Notes: generated by a model not told the origin, from the letters alone. Counted from the first letter of the stretch, positions 47,076 through 63,107 are shown. The stretch: DNA of 64,000 bases from Pseudomonas aeruginosa PAO1 (GCF_000006765.1 NC_002516.2); one strand, 5' to 3'. Numbers and translations are program-made.

Positions 47076-48141
47076 GGGCCACCTCCAGGCAGGCATCGAC
47101 CACCGTCCGGGTAGCCTCGGGTTTCGCCAGGCTGCGTGCCTGGTCTGCCATGGAGCGCAGGGTTTCGGGATGCATCAGGACCTCGGACAGCTGCGCGGCC
47201 AGTTCGGCCGCGCCGGTAGACTTTTGCGGCAGCAGGCGGCCGGCGCCGCTGCGTACCAGGAATTCGGCATTGCGGGTCTGGTGATCGTCGATCGCGTGAG
47301 GCAACGGCACCAGGAAGGCGGGCAATCCCGCCGCCGTCAGCTCGCTGACGGTCAGCGCGCCGGCGCGACAGATCACCAGGTCGGCCCAGGCATAGGCCGC
47401 GGCCATGTCGCTGATGAAGGGCGCGACGTCCGCTTCGACCGCCACTGTGCGATAACGCTCGGCGGTAATCTCGGCATGCTGACGACCGGCCTGATGGCGG
47501 ATTGCCGGACGGATTTCCAGCGGCACCTGCGCCAGGGCCTCTGGCAACAGCTTGTTCAGCGGTTCCGCGCCAAGGCTGCCGCCGAGCACCAGCAGATTGA
47601 CCCGACGGCCGGTCAGCGGCGCGCGGGCGTGCGCGTCGAGGAACAGCTCGCCGCGCACCGGATTGCCGGTGGTCAGACGCTTGTCACTGGCCGGGAAGGT
47701 ATCCGGGAATGCCTCGCAGACGCGCCTGGCGATCGGCGCCAGGCTGCGGTTGGCGGTGCCGGCCACGGCGTTCTGCTCGTGGATCACCAGCGGCACGCCG
47801 TTGAGGCGCGCAGCCAGGCCGCCCGGGCCGGTGACATAGCCACCCAGGCCGAGCACGCAGACCGGCCTCAGCTGGCGGATCACCCGCAGCGCCTGGAACA
47901 GCGACTTGAGCAGTTCCAGCGGCGCCTTGACCAGCGACTTCAGGCCCTTGCCGCGCAGCCCGCTGACCTGGATCAGGTGCAACGGCAGGCCGGCCTTGGG
48001 TACCAGGTCATTCTCGATGCCGCGCGGCGTCCCCAGCCAGTGCACGGCATAGCCGCGCGCCTGGAACTCCCGCGCACAGGCGAGCGCCGGGAACACGTGT
48101 CCGCCGGTGCCACCCGCCATGATCAGGACATTACCTTTCAT
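47068..48141 (-). CDS. murG: MurG glycosyltransferase, 357 aa
   Basis: [24 protein letters not shown] and [10 protein letters not shown] motifs. Confidence 0.98.
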
Positions 48142-49333
48142 CGGCAAAGTCCTCTTCGTTGAACTCATATTCCTCGCTACCCAGGTGGGTTCGCCGTTCC
48201 CATTCGATGCGCAGCAACATCCCCAGACAGGCACAGCAGATCACCAGCGAACTGCCGCCGTAGCTGAGGAACGGCAGGGTCAGGCCCTTGGTCGGCAGCA
48301 GGCCGACGTTCACCCCGATGTTGATCAGGAACTGGCCGATCCAGAGGAAGGCCAGGCCGTAGGCCACGTAGGCGGAGAAGAACTGCTTGGCCTGCTCGGC
48401 CCAGATGCCGATGTACAGCGCGCGCAGGCTGACGAACACGAACAGGGCGACGGTCGCCAGGGCGCCGACGATGCCCAGCTCCTCTGCAAGCACGGCGAAG
48501 ACGAAGTCGGTGTGCGCCTCCGGCAGGTAGAACTGCTTCTGGATGCTGTTGCCCAGTCCCATGCCCAACCAGCCGCCGCGGCCGAAGGCGATCAGCGCCT
48601 GGCTCAACTGATAGCCGGCGCCGAACTGGTCGGCCCAGGGGTCGGTGAAGTTGGTCAGGCGTGCCATCCGGTAGGGCTGGGTCTGGATCAGCAGGACCAC
48701 CGCGCCGACCGCCAGCAGCACCATCAGGCCGAAGCGGAACAGCCCCACCCCGCCGAGGAACAGCATGGCCGCGGCAGCGCCCATCATTACCACGGTGGCG
48801 CCGAAGTCCGGCTCGCGCAGCAGCAGGCCGGCCATCGGCAGCAACACCACGAAGGGCTTGAAGAAGCCCATCCAGCTTTCCCGGACCTCCTGCTGGCGGC
48901 GGATCAGGTAGCCGGCCATGAAGATCACCACGCAGACCTTGGCGATCTCCGAAGGCTGGATGTTGAACAGGCCGAAGCCGATCCAGCGCATCGAGCCGTT
49001 CACCTCGCGGCCGATACCGGGGGTGATCACCAGCACCAGCAGGCCGAAGGCGACCAGCAACAGCTTCCAGCCCCAGCGCTGCCAGGTGGCCATCGGGACC
49101 ATCATGGTCAGGCCGCAGGAAATCAGGCCGATCACCAGGTAGATCAGGTGACGGACGGAGAAGTACAGCGGGTTGCCCGACTGCGCCGCCGCCACCTCGG
49201 AAGAGGCGGAAGTCACCATCACCAGGCCGAGGCCGAGCAGCGCCAGGCAACCCGCCAGCAGCGGGAAGTCCAGGTCGATGCCGTGCCGGCTCAACAGCGG
49301 CGACGGGAAGGGGCGCAACACCGACAGCATCAC
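48131..49333 (-). CDS. ftsW: SEDS peptidoglycan polymerase FtsW
   Basis: RWI, QPSEIAK, EPDFG, YLPEAHTDF and LPFLSYGGSS motifs. Confidence 0.98.
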   Translation of the reverse strand: MMLSVLRPFPSPLLSRHGIDLDFPLLAGCLALLGLGLVMVTSASSEVAAAQSGNPLYFSVRHLIYLVIGLISCGLTMMVPMATWQRWGWKLLLVAFGLLVLVITPGIGREVNGSMRWIGFGLFNIQPSEIAKVCVVIFMAGYLIRRQQEVRESWMGFFKPFVVLLPMAGLLLREPDFGATVVMMGAAAAMLFLGGVGLFRFGLMVLLAVGAVVLLIQTQPYRMARLTNFTDPWADQFGAGYQLSQALIAFGRGGWLGMGLGNSIQKQFYLPEAHTDFVFAVLAEELGIVGALATVALFVFVSLRALYIGIWAEQAKQFFSAYVAYGLAFLWIGQFLINIGVNVGLLPTKGLTLPFLSYGGSSLVICCACLGMLLRIEWERRTHLGSEEYEFNEEDFADER

Positions 49334-50676
49334 GCTAGCTCCTCTACGGCTTTGGCGAACAGGCGTCCGCGTTCTTCGAAGTTCTTGAACATGTCCAGGC
49401 TCGCGCAGGCCGGCGACAACAGCACCGCATCGCCTTCGCGGGCCAGCTCGGCGGCCTGCCGGACTGCTTCGTCCAGCGTTGCGACGCGCACCAGCGGTAC
49501 CGCGTTGCCCAGTGCCTGGGCAATCAGCCCGGCGTCACGGCCAAGCAGTACCACCGCCCGGCAGAAGCGCGCGACCGGCTCGCGCAGGTCATGGAAATCG
49601 GCGCCCTTGCCGTCTCCGCCGGCGAGCAGCACCAGCTTGCCGTCGATGTCGGCACCCAGCCCCTCGATCGCCGCCAGGGCGGCGCCGACGTTGGTGGCCT
49701 TGGAATCGTCGTAGTAGCTCACGCCCTGCCGCTCGCGTACCCACTGGCAGCGATGAGCCAGGCCGGAAAACGCCTTCAGCGCGCCGAGCATGGCGTCGAA
49801 CGGCAGGCCGACCGCATGGCCCAGCGCCAGCGCGGCGAGCGCGTTGGAATAGTTGTGGGCGCCACGGATCTTCAGTTCGCCAACCGGCAGCAGCTTGTCG
49901 AACTGGAACGCCAGCCACTTCTGGCCGTCTTCCTCGATCAGGCCGAAAGCCTTGAAGTCCGGCTTGTTCAGGCCGAACGACCAGCACGGCACGGTATCGG
50001 CGATCAGCGGTCGGGTCAGGGCATCGGCGCGATTCACCACGACCTGGCGGGCACCGCGGAAGATCCGGTGCTTGGCCAGGTGGTAGTCAGCCATGCCGTC
50101 GTAGCGATCCATATGGTCTTCGCTGACGTTCAGCACGGTCGCCACCTCGGCGTTGAGGCGATCGCAGGTTTCCAGCTGGAAGCTCGACAGCTCCAACACG
50201 TACAGCTCGATGTCGTCGGCCAGCAGGTCGAGCGCCGGGGTGCCGAGGTTGCCGCCGACGGCGACACGCTTGTCCGCGGCCACCGCCATTTCGCCCACCA
50301 GGGTGGTCACGGTGCTCTTCGCGTTGGAACCGGTGATGGCGACGATCGGGGCCTTCGCCTCGCGGGCGAAGAGATCGATGTCACCGGAGATGCGCACGCC
50401 TTTCGCGGCGGCCTGTACCAGCGCAGGGGTGCGCAGCGACAAGCCGGGGCTGACATAGAGTTCGCGGGCGGAGCAGAGGAACTCGGCGTCGAGTTCGCCG
50501 CAACGCACTTCCACCTGCGGATACTGGGCACGCAGGGTGGCCAGCTCCGGCGGGTTCTCTCGGGTATCGACCACGGCGAAAGGCAAGCCGCGGCGCGCCA
50601 GGTAGCGCACCAGGGACATGCCGCTCTTGCCGAGGCCGACAACGATGCGGAAGTGGTCGGAGGCGATCAGGCTCAT
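49330..50676 (-). CDS. murD: UDP-MurNAc-L-Ala--D-glutamate ligase, 448 aa
   Basis: GLGKSG, GSNAKSTV, ELSSFQLE, DSKATN and LSPACASLD motifs. Confidence 0.98.
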   Translation of the reverse strand: MSLIASDHFRIVVGLGKSGMSLVRYLARRGLPFAVVDTRENPPELATLRAQYPQVEVRCGELDAEFLCSARELYVSPGLSLRTPALVQAAAKGVRISGDIDLFAREAKAPIVAITGSNAKSTVTTLVGEMAVAADKRVAVGGNLGTPALDLLADDIELYVLELSSFQLETCDRLNAEVATVLNVSEDHMDRYDGMADYHLAKHRIFRGARQVVVNRADALTRPLIADTVPCWSFGLNKPDFKAFGLIEEDGQKWLAFQFDKLLPVGELKIRGAHNYSNALAALALGHAVGLPFDAMLGALKAFSGLAHRCQWVRERQGVSYYDDSKATNVGAALAAIEGLGADIDGKLVLLAGGDGKGADFHDLREPVARFCRAVVLLGRDAGLIAQALGNAVPLVRVATLDEAVRQAAELAREGDAVLLSPACASLDMFKNFEERGRLFAKAVEELA

Positions 50677-50689
50677 GCTCTCTTCGTCC

Positions 50690-51772
50690 TCAACGCAGCT
50701 TCAAGGTGGCGAGGCCGATCAGCACCAGGATCACGGTGATGATCCAGAAGCGCACGATCACGCGCGGCTCCGGCCAGCCTTTCAGTTCGAAATGGTGATG
50801 GATCGGCGCCATACGGAAGACGCGGCGTCCGGTCAGCTTGAAGGAAGCGACCTGGATCATCACCGAGAGGGTTTCCATGACGAACACCCCACCCATGATG
50901 AACAGCACGATCTCCTGGCGCACGATCACCGCGATGGTGCCCAGCGCGGCGCCCAGCGCCAGCGCGCCGACGTCGCCCATGAAGACCTGCGCCGGATAGG
51001 TGTTGAACCAGAGGAAGCCGAGGCCGGCGCCGACCAGCGCGGCGCAGAACACGATCAGCTCGCCGGCGCCCGGTACGTTGGGAATCAGCAGGTACTCGGC
51101 GAACTTCACGTTGCCCGACAGGTAGCAGAAGATGCCCAGCGCGCCGGCAACCATTACCGTCGGCATGATCGCCAGGCCGTCGAGACCGTCGGTGAGGTTC
51201 ACCGCATTGCTCGAGCCGACGATGACGAAGTAGGTCAGGACCACGAAGAAGATGCCCAACTGGATCTCGACGCTCTTCAGCATCGGCACGATCAGGGTGG
51301 TCTCGATCGGGGTTTCGGCAGTCATGTAGAGGAACACGGCGGCGCCGATGCCGAACACCGACTGCCAGAAGTACTTCCAGCGGCTCGGCAGGCCACGGGA
51401 GTTCTTCTCGATCACCTTGCGGTAGTCGTCCACCCAGCCGATGGCACCGAACAGCAGGGTAACGACCAGCACTACCCACACGTAGCGGTTGGAAAGATCC
51501 GCCCACAGCAGCGTGCTGATGGCTATGGCGGTAAGGATCAGGGCGCCGCCCATGGTCGGGGTGCCCTTCTTCGACAGGTGCGACTGCGGACCGTCGTTGC
51601 GCACGGCCTGGCCGATCTGGCGGATCTGCAAGGTACGGATCATCCAGGGCCCCAGCCACAGCGACAGCGACAGCGCGGTGAGCACGCTGAGAATGCCGCG
51701 CAGGGTCAGGTACTGGAAGACGCCGAAGCCCTTGTAGAACTGTTGCAGGTATTCGGCCAGCAGCAGGAGCAT
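50690..51772 (-). CDS. mraY: Phospho-MurNAc-pentapeptide transferase, 360 aa
   Basis: [26 protein letters not shown] and APIHHHFE motifs. Confidence 0.98.
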
Positions 51773-53148
51773 TAGTGACTCTCCTCGGAGGAACCGCACA
51801 GCGCCGCGACGACTTTGTCCATCGCCGCACTGCGGGAACCCTTGATCAAAATGGTGGTTGTCGGTTGTTCGGTGGCCAGCGCCCCGATCAGGCTGGCCTG
51901 GTCGGCGAAGTGCCGGCCCGTGGCGCCGAACGCCTGTACGGCGTGGGCCATCAGCGGTCCGACCGCATAGAGCGCGGACACCTTGCCAGCGGCGTAGGCG
52001 CCCACCTCGCGGTGGGCCTGCTCGGCCCAGGAACCGAGTTCGCCCATGTCTCCGAGGACCAGGACGGTGCGCCCGGAAAAGCCGCTCAGTATATCAATCG
52101 CCGCCAGCATTGACGCGGGGTTGGCGTTGTAGCTGTCGTCTATCACACGCAGCCCGCTGGCGGTCAGTTGCGCTACCGCGCGGCCCTTGACCGGCTGCAG
52201 CGCCTGCAGCCCGGCGACGATCCCATCCAGCGGCACGCCCAGTGCATGGGCGGCAGCGGCGGCAGCCAGGGCATTGGCGACATTGTGCCGCCCCAGCAGG
52301 TTGAGCTGGACCTGCGCTTCACCCGCTACGCCCTGCAGCCTGAAGCCCATGCAGCCGCGCGCATCGCGCTGCAGATCGGCGGCGCGGAAATCGGCCTGGG
52401 GCCGGTCGAGGGAGAAAGTCAGCAACGGACGGCCGCTGGCACGGGCCTTCCAGGTGTCGAAGGCCTTGTCGTCCAGGTTCAGTACGGCGGTGCCGTCGGC
52501 GGCCAGCCCTTCGAGTATCTCGCCCTTCGCCTCGACGATCTTCTCCGGTCCGCCGAACTCGCCGACATGGGCGGTTCCGGCATTGGTGATGATCGCCACG
52601 TGCGGGCGGGTCAGCTCGACCGTGTAGGCGATCTCGCCGATGCGCGAGGCGCCCAGTTCGATCACTGCGCTACGGTGCTGCGGCGCCAGTTGCAGCAGGG
52701 TCAGCGGTACGCCGAGGTCGTTGTTCAGATTGCCACGGGTAGCCAGCACCGACTCGGCATCGCCGGCCTGGGTACGCAGGATGCTGGCGAGCATCTCCTT
52801 GACCGTGGTCTTGCCGCTGGAGCCCGTCATGGCCGCCAGCGGGCCGGTGAACTTGCGCCGGTTCAGCGCGCCCAGTCGCCCCAGGGCCGCACGGGTATCG
52901 CGCACCAGCAATTGCGGCAGGGGCGCGTCGGCGACTTCGCGCTCCACCAGCGCAGCCACCGCGCCCTTGGCGGCAACCTCGGCGAGATAGTCGTGGCCGT
53001 CGAAACGCGGCCCACTCAGGGCAATGAACAGTTGGCCGGGCCCGATGGCGCGACTGTCGGTGGAAACCGCCGAAAAGACGGCGTCCTCGCCGATCAGGCG
53101 GGCGTCCAGCGCGACCGTCAACTGGCTGAGGCGAAGAGGCTCAAGCAT
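51772..53148 (-). CDS. murF: UDP-MurNAc-tripeptide--D-Ala-D-Ala ligase, 458 aa
   Basis: [29 protein letters not shown] and KGSRS motifs. Confidence 0.98.
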
Positions 53149-54603
53149 GCGGCACCTCCCAGGCGGCCAGGGCGCGCTCGGCCTGCTCGATGTCGGAGAA
53201 CGGATGGCGTACGCCGTCGATCTCCTGATAATCCTCGTGACCCTTGCCGGCCAGGAGCACCACGTCATCCACCGCAGCGGAAGCGATCAGATGGGCGATC
53301 GCCTCACCGCGCGACGGCAGGAAGGTAACCTTGTCAGCGGCAGCGAAGCCTTTGCGGATATCGGCGATGATCGCCGCACTGGCCTCGGTGCGCGGGTTGT
53401 CGTCGGTGACCAGCACCTCATCCGCCAGGCGTTCGGCGATCGCAGCCATCAGCGGACGCTTGCCGGCATCGCGATCGCCACCGCAGCCGAACAGGCACAG
53501 CAGGCGCGCGGCCGCGTGCGGACGCAGGGCCTCCAGGACTTTTTCCAGGGCGTCGGGAGTATGCGCGTAGTCCACCACCACCAGCGGCTTGTCGCCGCCT
53601 CCCAGGCGCTGCATGCGGCCGACCGGCCCCTGCAGTTGCGGCAAAGTGCGGAGGATATCGCCCAGGGGATAACCCAGGCCAAGCAACGCACCGACCGCCG
53701 CCAGCAGGTTGCTCAGGTTGAAGCGGCCGAGCAACGGGCTGCGCAGCAGGCCCTCGCCGTGCGGAGTGACCAGCGCCGCCTCGATGCCGGCGTCGCCGAA
53801 GCGCGCTTCGCGGCAATAGAGGAACGCCGAGCTGTCGGTGAGGCTGTAGGTGATCAGCTCCGAGTCCTGCTCCTCGCCGGCCAGTCGACGGCCGAAATCG
53901 TCGTCCAGGTTGATCACCCGGCAGCGCAGGCCCGGCCAGGCGAACAGCTTGGCCTTGGCGGCGGCATAGGCTTCCATCGAACCGTGATAGTCGAGGTGGT
54001 CGCGGGACAGATTGGTGAACACCGCGATATCGAAACCGAGCGCCGCCACGCGGCCCTGGTCGAGGCCGTGGGAAGACACTTCCATCGCTACCGCGCGGGC
54101 GCCGGCCTGCTTCAGCGTGGCCAGCGTGGCCTGCACCGCGAGCGGGTCCGGCGTGGTGTGCCGGCCGCTCTCCAGGGCGCCGTAGAAACCGGTGCCGAGG
54201 GTGCCGACGATGCCGCAGCGCTCGCCGAGCAGATCCAGGGCCTGGGCCACCAGTTGGCTGACGCTGGTCTTGCCGTTGGTGCCGGTGACGCCGATCAGGT
54301 CCAGCCCGCGGCTCGGCTCGCCGTAGAAACGCCCGGCGACCGCCGACAGTTGCGCGGCCAGCCCCTTCACCGCGATCAGCGGCGCATCGCTGGGCGGCAA
54401 CTCTCCGGCGCCTTCCGCCTCGTAAGCCACGGCAGCCGCGCCCTTGGCCAGGGCATCGGCGATGTGCGCACGACCATCCTGGCGCCCGCCCGGCACCGCC
54501 AGGAACAGGTCGCCCGGACGAACGCCGCGGCTATCCAGGGTCAGCTCGCGGATCAGCAGATCGCGCTCGGCCTGGGGAAACAGTTGGTTCAGGCTCATAG
54601 GCA

Positions 54604-54604
<1 letters not shown>
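53141..54604 (-). CDS. murE: UDP-MurNAc-dipeptide--meso-DAP ligase, 487 aa
   Basis: GTNGKTS, HTTP, MEVSSH, DYAHTPD, DNPR and AGKGHE motifs. Confidence 0.98.
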
Positions 54605-56629
<2,025 letters not shown>

Positions 56630-56633
<4 letters not shown>

Positions 56634-57571
56634 CTCAGCTTCTCCGCCACGCGCATGACCGCGCTGCGCGAGCGCGGGTTGGCCTTGAGTTCTTCTTCCG
56701 AAGCGTACTGCGGCTTGCCCAGCAGCTTCAGGCGCGGCTCGAAGACCTTGGAACGGATCGGCAGGTCGCGCGGCAGGTTGTCCGCCTCGCCCTTGGCGTG
56801 CTTGCGCATGAACAGCTTGACGATGCGGTCTTCCAGGGAATGGAAACTGATCACCACCAGCCGGCCACCGACGGCCAGCGATTCGAGCGCGGCGTCAAGG
56901 CCACGCTCGAGATCGCCCAGCTCATTGTTCACATGGATGCGCAGGCCCTGGAATGCGCGGGTCGCCGGATTCTTGCCCTTCTCCCAGGCGGGGTTGGCAA
57001 CCGTGATCACTTCGGCGAGATCGGCAGTTCGTTCGAACGGCCGCTCCTGACGGCGCTGCACGATGGCGCGGGCCATCCGCTTGGCGAAGCGCTCTTCGCC
57101 ATATTCCTTGAAGACCCGGGCGATTTCCTCTTCGGTGGCGTTGGCGATGAACTCCGCTGCGCTGATGCCCTGGCCGGGATTCATGCGCATGTCCAGCGGA
57201 CCATCGTTGAGGAAGCTGAAGCCGCGCTCGGGATCGTCGAGTTGCGGCGACGACACGCCAAGGTCGAGCAGGACGCCATCGACCCGCCCTTCGAGACCGC
57301 GTGCGCGCACCTCATCGCCCAGTTCGGCGAACGAGCGCTGCACAATGACGAAGCGGCCGTCTTCGGCCGCCAATGCTTTTCCTGTCTGGATGGCCTGGGG
57401 ATCTTTGTCGAATCCGAGCAGGCGTCCCCCGGCGCCCAGTTTCTCGAGCAAGGCTCGACTATGGCCCCCTCTTCCGAAGGTACCGTCCAGATAGCAGCCG
57501 TCCTCCCGCGGGGCCAGTGCGGAAACGGCCTCCTCGAGCAGAACGGTGATATGGCGGTAGGTGGCATTCAT
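56630..57571 (-). CDS. rsmH: 16S rRNA m4C1402 methyltransferase RsmH (MraW), 313 aa
   Basis: [33 protein letters not shown] and NPRSRSA motifs. Confidence 0.98.
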
Positions 57572-57573
57572 AG

Positions 57574-58029
57574 TCAAAGGATCAGGTCGCGTAGTTCGTC
57601 CGGCAGCCCACCGGGTTGTTTGATTGCCGCCAGGTCGGCTTCAGCCATGGCGTTCCAGGCATCCTCATCCCACAACTGAAACTTGTTCAGTTGCCCCACC
57701 AGCATCGCCCGCTTGTCCAGCTTGGCGTACTCGCGCAGGCGCGGCGGAATCAGGAAACGCCCGTTTCCGTCCAGTTCCAGATCGACGGCATTACCGATCA
57801 GCAGCCGCTGCAGGCGCCGCGTTTCTTCTCGCAAAGAAGGCAGCTCGCGCAGCTTGGCTTCGATCAGTTCCCATTCGGGCAAGGGGTAAACGGTGAGGCA
57901 GGGGTCGACTGCGTCGATAGTGACGATGAGCTGGCCGGCACAACGCGAAACGAGCTCGTCACGATACCGACTCGGCATCGCGAGGCGCCCTTTGGCGTCG
58001 AGACTTATGGCATTAGCTCCGCGAAACAC
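57574..58029 (-). CDS. mraZ: Division/cell-wall cluster repressor MraZ, 151 aa
   Basis: GTG start with SD GGGGAA. FRG...[17 protein letters not shown] and WDE..W motifs. Confidence 0.97.
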   Translation of the reverse strand: MFRGANAISLDAKGRLAMPSRYRDELVSRCAGQLIVTIDAVDPCLTVYPLPEWELIEAKLRELPSLREETRRLQRLLIGNAVDLELDGNGRFLIPPRLREYAKLDKRAMLVGQLNKFQLWDEDAWNAMAEADLAAIKQPGGLPDELRDLIL

Positions 58030-58070
58030 GTCAGCGCTTCCCCTGTGGTTGGCTTTCCATGCCAATTGAT

Positions 58071-58105
58071 CCCACTTTTACCCACTTCATACCACTTCTG
58101 CACAC
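58071..58105 (-). promoter_or_regulatory. MraZ operator: four GTGGG-like boxes at 10-bp period
   Basis: Plus strand CCCAC (58071), CCCAC (58081), ACCAC (58091), CACAC (58101). Confidence 0.85.
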
Positions 58106-58133
58106 TATAGAAATCCACACTCCCCACCGTCAA
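58104..58133 (-). promoter_or_regulatory. sigma70 promoter of the dcw operon
   Basis: TTGACG-N18-TATAGT, directly adjacent to the MraZ boxes. Confidence 0.75.
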
Positions 58134-58345
58134 GGCGCGTCAGAAGTGAAAAATCCTTACAGGACGGAGATTTAGCGTGCTTTTGGAAGGTTGCGGAGCG
58201 CTTTTAGAAGTAAAAGAGATGACAAAACACAATAAGTCCAAAGTCTTAGCCTTCGAACTTAAAGTGATTTATCAAGAGTTGCGGCTTTTCGCTTTTGCGA
58301 CGGACGGATAAAACCGGGAAAAAGCGAAGAGAGTGGGAAGAAGTG

Positions 58346-58695
58346 GGAGAGTCGATCTATAAGCCGGGTTCTGTCGAGGACAGCCATTCCTCTGGGACGC
58401 ACATCACTGTACGCCTCAAGCGACCTACCCGAATCCAACGCGGGCCGCGCCAATGGATTCCTATTTGGTCTTGCTCCGAGTGGGGTTTACCTAGCCACGC
58501 ACTGTTGCCAGCCGTGCGGTGCGCTCTTACCGCACCTTTTCACCCTTACCGGCGCTGTTGCGCTTAGGCGGTTATTTTCTGTGGCACTTTCCGTAGGCTC
58601 GCGCCTCCCAGGCGTTACCTGGCACTCTGCCCTATGGAGCCCGGACTTTCCTCCACCGCGCTATTGCGCGACAGCGACTGTCCAATCGACTCTCC
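58346..58695 (-). ncRNA. rnpB: RNase P RNA (type A)
   Basis: P1 ends GGAGAGUCGAU/AUCGACUCUCC. Contains GAGGAAAGUCCGGGC, GGAAAGUGCCACAGAAA and AGAACCCGGCUUA. Confidence 0.98.
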
Positions 58696-58702
58696 GCCGA
58701 CA

Positions 58703-58731
58703 AGGTTAGCGGGAGCAGGCGCGAAGAACAA
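58703..58731 (-). promoter_or_regulatory. rnpB promoter
   Basis: TTGTTC-N17-TAACCT, then a GC-rich discriminator 7 nt before the mature 5' end. Confidence 0.6.
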
Positions 58732-58733
58732 GC

Positions 58734-59582
58734 TCAACTCTTCCCTTGGCGTTGCAAAGCCTGTTGATACAAAAGGTTTTTTCGCACCCCGGTAATTTCC
58801 GCCGCCAGCGCCGCGGCTTTCTTCAACGGCAGCTCGGCAAGCAGCAGGTCGAGCACCCTGAGCGCCTCCGCACCGATCGACTCCTCGCCTTCCGGCGCCT
58901 GCCACCCCGCCACCAGCACAACGCACTCGCCGCGCTGCTGGTTGCTGTCCGACGCGACCCAATCGTGCAGTTCGGCCAACGGCAGGCTGCGAATGGTCTC
59001 GAAGGTCTTGCTCAGCTCCCGCGCCAGCACCGCACGGCGCTCCCCGCCGAACACGTCGCGCATGTCCGCCAGGCTTTCCAGCAGACGATGGGGCGCCTCG
59101 TAGAAAATCAGCGTGCGCGGCTCTTCCTGTACCGCCTGGAGGCGGCTGCGTCGTCCCGCAGCCTTGGCGGGCAGGAAACCTTCGAAGATGAACCGGTCCG
59201 ACGGCAATCCCGCCGCCGACAGCGCCGCGATCAGCGCGCAGGAGCCCGGCACCGGGACCACCCGGATACCCAGCGCCTGTGCCTGGCGCACCAGGTGGAA
59301 GCCGGGATCGGAAATCAGCGGGGTACCGGCGTCCGAGATCAGCGCGACGTCCTCCCCACCCTGCAGCCGGGAGATGAAGCGCCCGCCCTCCTCGCGCTCG
59401 TTGTGCTCGTGGCAGGCCGCCAATGGCGTCTCGATGCCGAAGTGCTGGAACAGCCGGATCGAATGGCGGGTATCCTCCGCAGCCACCAGGGCCACCTCCC
59501 GCAGCACCCGCAGGGCGCGCGGGCTGATGTCGTCGAGATTGCCGATCGGGGTCGCCACTACGAACAGAGTGCCTGCTGACAC
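58734..59582 (-). CDS. rsmI: 16S rRNA Cm1402 2'-O-methyltransferase RsmI, 282 aa
   Basis: GTG start. [34 protein letters not shown] and RELSK.FE motifs. Confidence 0.96.
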   Translation of the reverse strand: MSAGTLFVVATPIGNLDDISPRALRVLREVALVAAEDTRHSIRLFQHFGIETPLAACHEHNEREEGGRFISRLQGGEDVALISDAGTPLISDPGFHLVRQAQALGIRVVPVPGSCALIAALSAAGLPSDRFIFEGFLPAKAAGRRSRLQAVQEEPRTLIFYEAPHRLLESLADMRDVFGGERRAVLARELSKTFETIRSLPLAELHDWVASDSNQQRGECVVLVAGWQAPEGEESIGAEALRVLDLLLAELPLKKAAALAAEITGVRKNLLYQQALQRQGKS

Positions 59583-59708
59583 GAAAATACCTCGGGAGCT
59601 ATCTGAAAAGGCGGCATTGTATCGCGATTCAGGGTGCCGCCATCGCACCCGAGGCGGGCCTCCGGTACAATCGGCGACTCTTCGTGAATGCGCCATGAGA
59701 AGCCCTAT

Positions 59709-61519
59709 ATGATCGCTTGCCTGCGTCCGCTTTCTGCTCTGATCCTGGCCGGTCTGCTGACCGCCTGCGCGACCTCGTCCAATTCCGGACTGGGCGAACT
59801 TCCCCGTACGCCGAATGCCAGCATCGAGCAGTTGTTGCAACAGGCCAGCCAGAGCAAGCCCGAGGAAGCGGCGCTGCTGCGCCTCTCGGCAGCGGACCTT
59901 GCCTACCAGCAGAAGGACCTCGCCAGGTCCACCGCCATCCTGGGACAGATTCCGCTGGAAAGCCTGAAGCCGGCCCAGCAGGTCTTCGCCAGCACCCTGA
60001 ACGCCGAACTGGCCCTCGCCCGCAGCAAGCCCAAGGCCGCCCTGCAGGCATTGCAGCATCCGAGCATGCAGCATCTCAGCGAACTGCCGGTGACCCAGCA
60101 GGTTCGTACCCAGCGCGCCAAGGCCCAGGCCCTCGCCGCCGACGGCCAGGTCCTTGCCGCAGCCAAGGAGCGCATCTACTTCGCACCGCTGCTCGAGGGC
60201 CCGGCGGTGATCGAGAACCAGGAAAAGATCTGGACCCTGGTCAGCAGCCTGCCGGTCGACCAGTTGCAACCGAGCGCCAACGAAGGCGACCTCAGCGGCT
60301 GGCTGACCCTGGCACGCATCACCAAGACCTCGCCGACCCTGCAGCAACAGCAGGCCAGCATCGAGAGCTGGCAACAGCAGAACCCCGAGCACCCGGCGGC
60401 CAAGCACTTGCCGGCGGCGCTGGAGAAACTCAAGACGCTGTCCCAGCAGCCGCTGACCCGCATCGCCCTCCTGCTACCCCAGCAGGGGCAGTTGGCCAAC
60501 GTCGCCCGGGCCCTGCAGGACGGCTTCCTCGCCGCCCACTTCCAGGCCCAGCAGGCCGGCCAGAATCCTCCTTCGATCAAGCTCTACGACAGTACCCAGG
60601 TGCGCTCGCTAGATGACTTCTACCGCCAGGCCCAGGCCGATGGCGTCGAACTGGTCGTCGGTCCACTGGAGAAGCCGCTGGTCAAGCAACTCGCTAGCCG
60701 CGAGCAACTGCCGATCACCACCCTCGCACTCAACTACAGCGACAACAGCCAGGAAGGCCCGGCGCAGCTGTTCCAGTTCGGCCTCGCCGCCGAGGACGAA
60801 GCGCGCGCGGTGGCCAGCCGGGCCTGGGGCGACGGCATGCGCCGGGCCGTGGCGCTGGTGCCGCGCGGCGAATGGGGCGACCGCGTGTTGGCCGCCTTCA
60901 GCCAGAGCTGGCAGTCCGCGGGCGGCAGCCTGATCGCCGCCGAGCATGTCGACCAGCCGGTACAACTGGCGCAACAGATCGCCGACCTGCTGCAACTGCG
61001 CCAGAGCGAAGGCCGCGCCCAGCGCCTGCAGGGCGCCCTCGGCAGCCAGATCGCCACCCAGCCGTCGCGCCGCCAGGACATCGACTTCGTGTTCCTTGCC
61101 GCCACCCCGCAGCAGGCCCGCCAGATCAAGCCGACCCTGGCCTTCCAGTACGCCGGCGACCTTCCGGTCTACGCCACTTCGCACCTCTACACCGGGACCA
61201 ACAACCCGACCCAGGACCAGGATCTCAACGGCATCCGCTTCTGCGAGACCCCGTGGCTGCTCAACCCCAGCGACCCGACCCGCCAGCAGGTCGCCGCCCA
61301 ATGGCCCCAGGCCAACGGCAGCATGGGCCGCCTCTACGCCATGGGCGTCGACGCCTACCGCCTCGCTCCGCGTCTGCCTGAACTGAAGGCCGTGCCGAGC
61401 CTGCAGATCGACGGCCTGACCGGTACCCTGAGCCTGAATCCGACCCAACGTATCGAACGCCAGTTGCAATGGGCCGAGTTCCGCAATGGCCAGGTCCAGC
61501 CGCTGGGGACCAGCAGCTT

Positions 61520-61523
<4 letters not shown>
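59709..61523 (+). CDS. lpoA: PBP1A activator lipoprotein LpoA, 604 aa
   Basis: Lipobox [34 protein letters not shown] and GLTG.L motifs. Confidence 0.92.
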
Positions 61524-63094
<1,571 letters not shown>

Positions 63095-63107
63095 AGAACA
63101 GCGAACG

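Noticed and set aside
58264-58276. GTGAT-TT-ATCAA as an Anr/Fnr box
   Set aside because: The spacer is 2 nt rather than 4 and the first half-site is imperfect.
58295-58567. 90-aa ORF antisense to rnpB
   Set aside because: It lies over the structural RNA, with no SD or domain.
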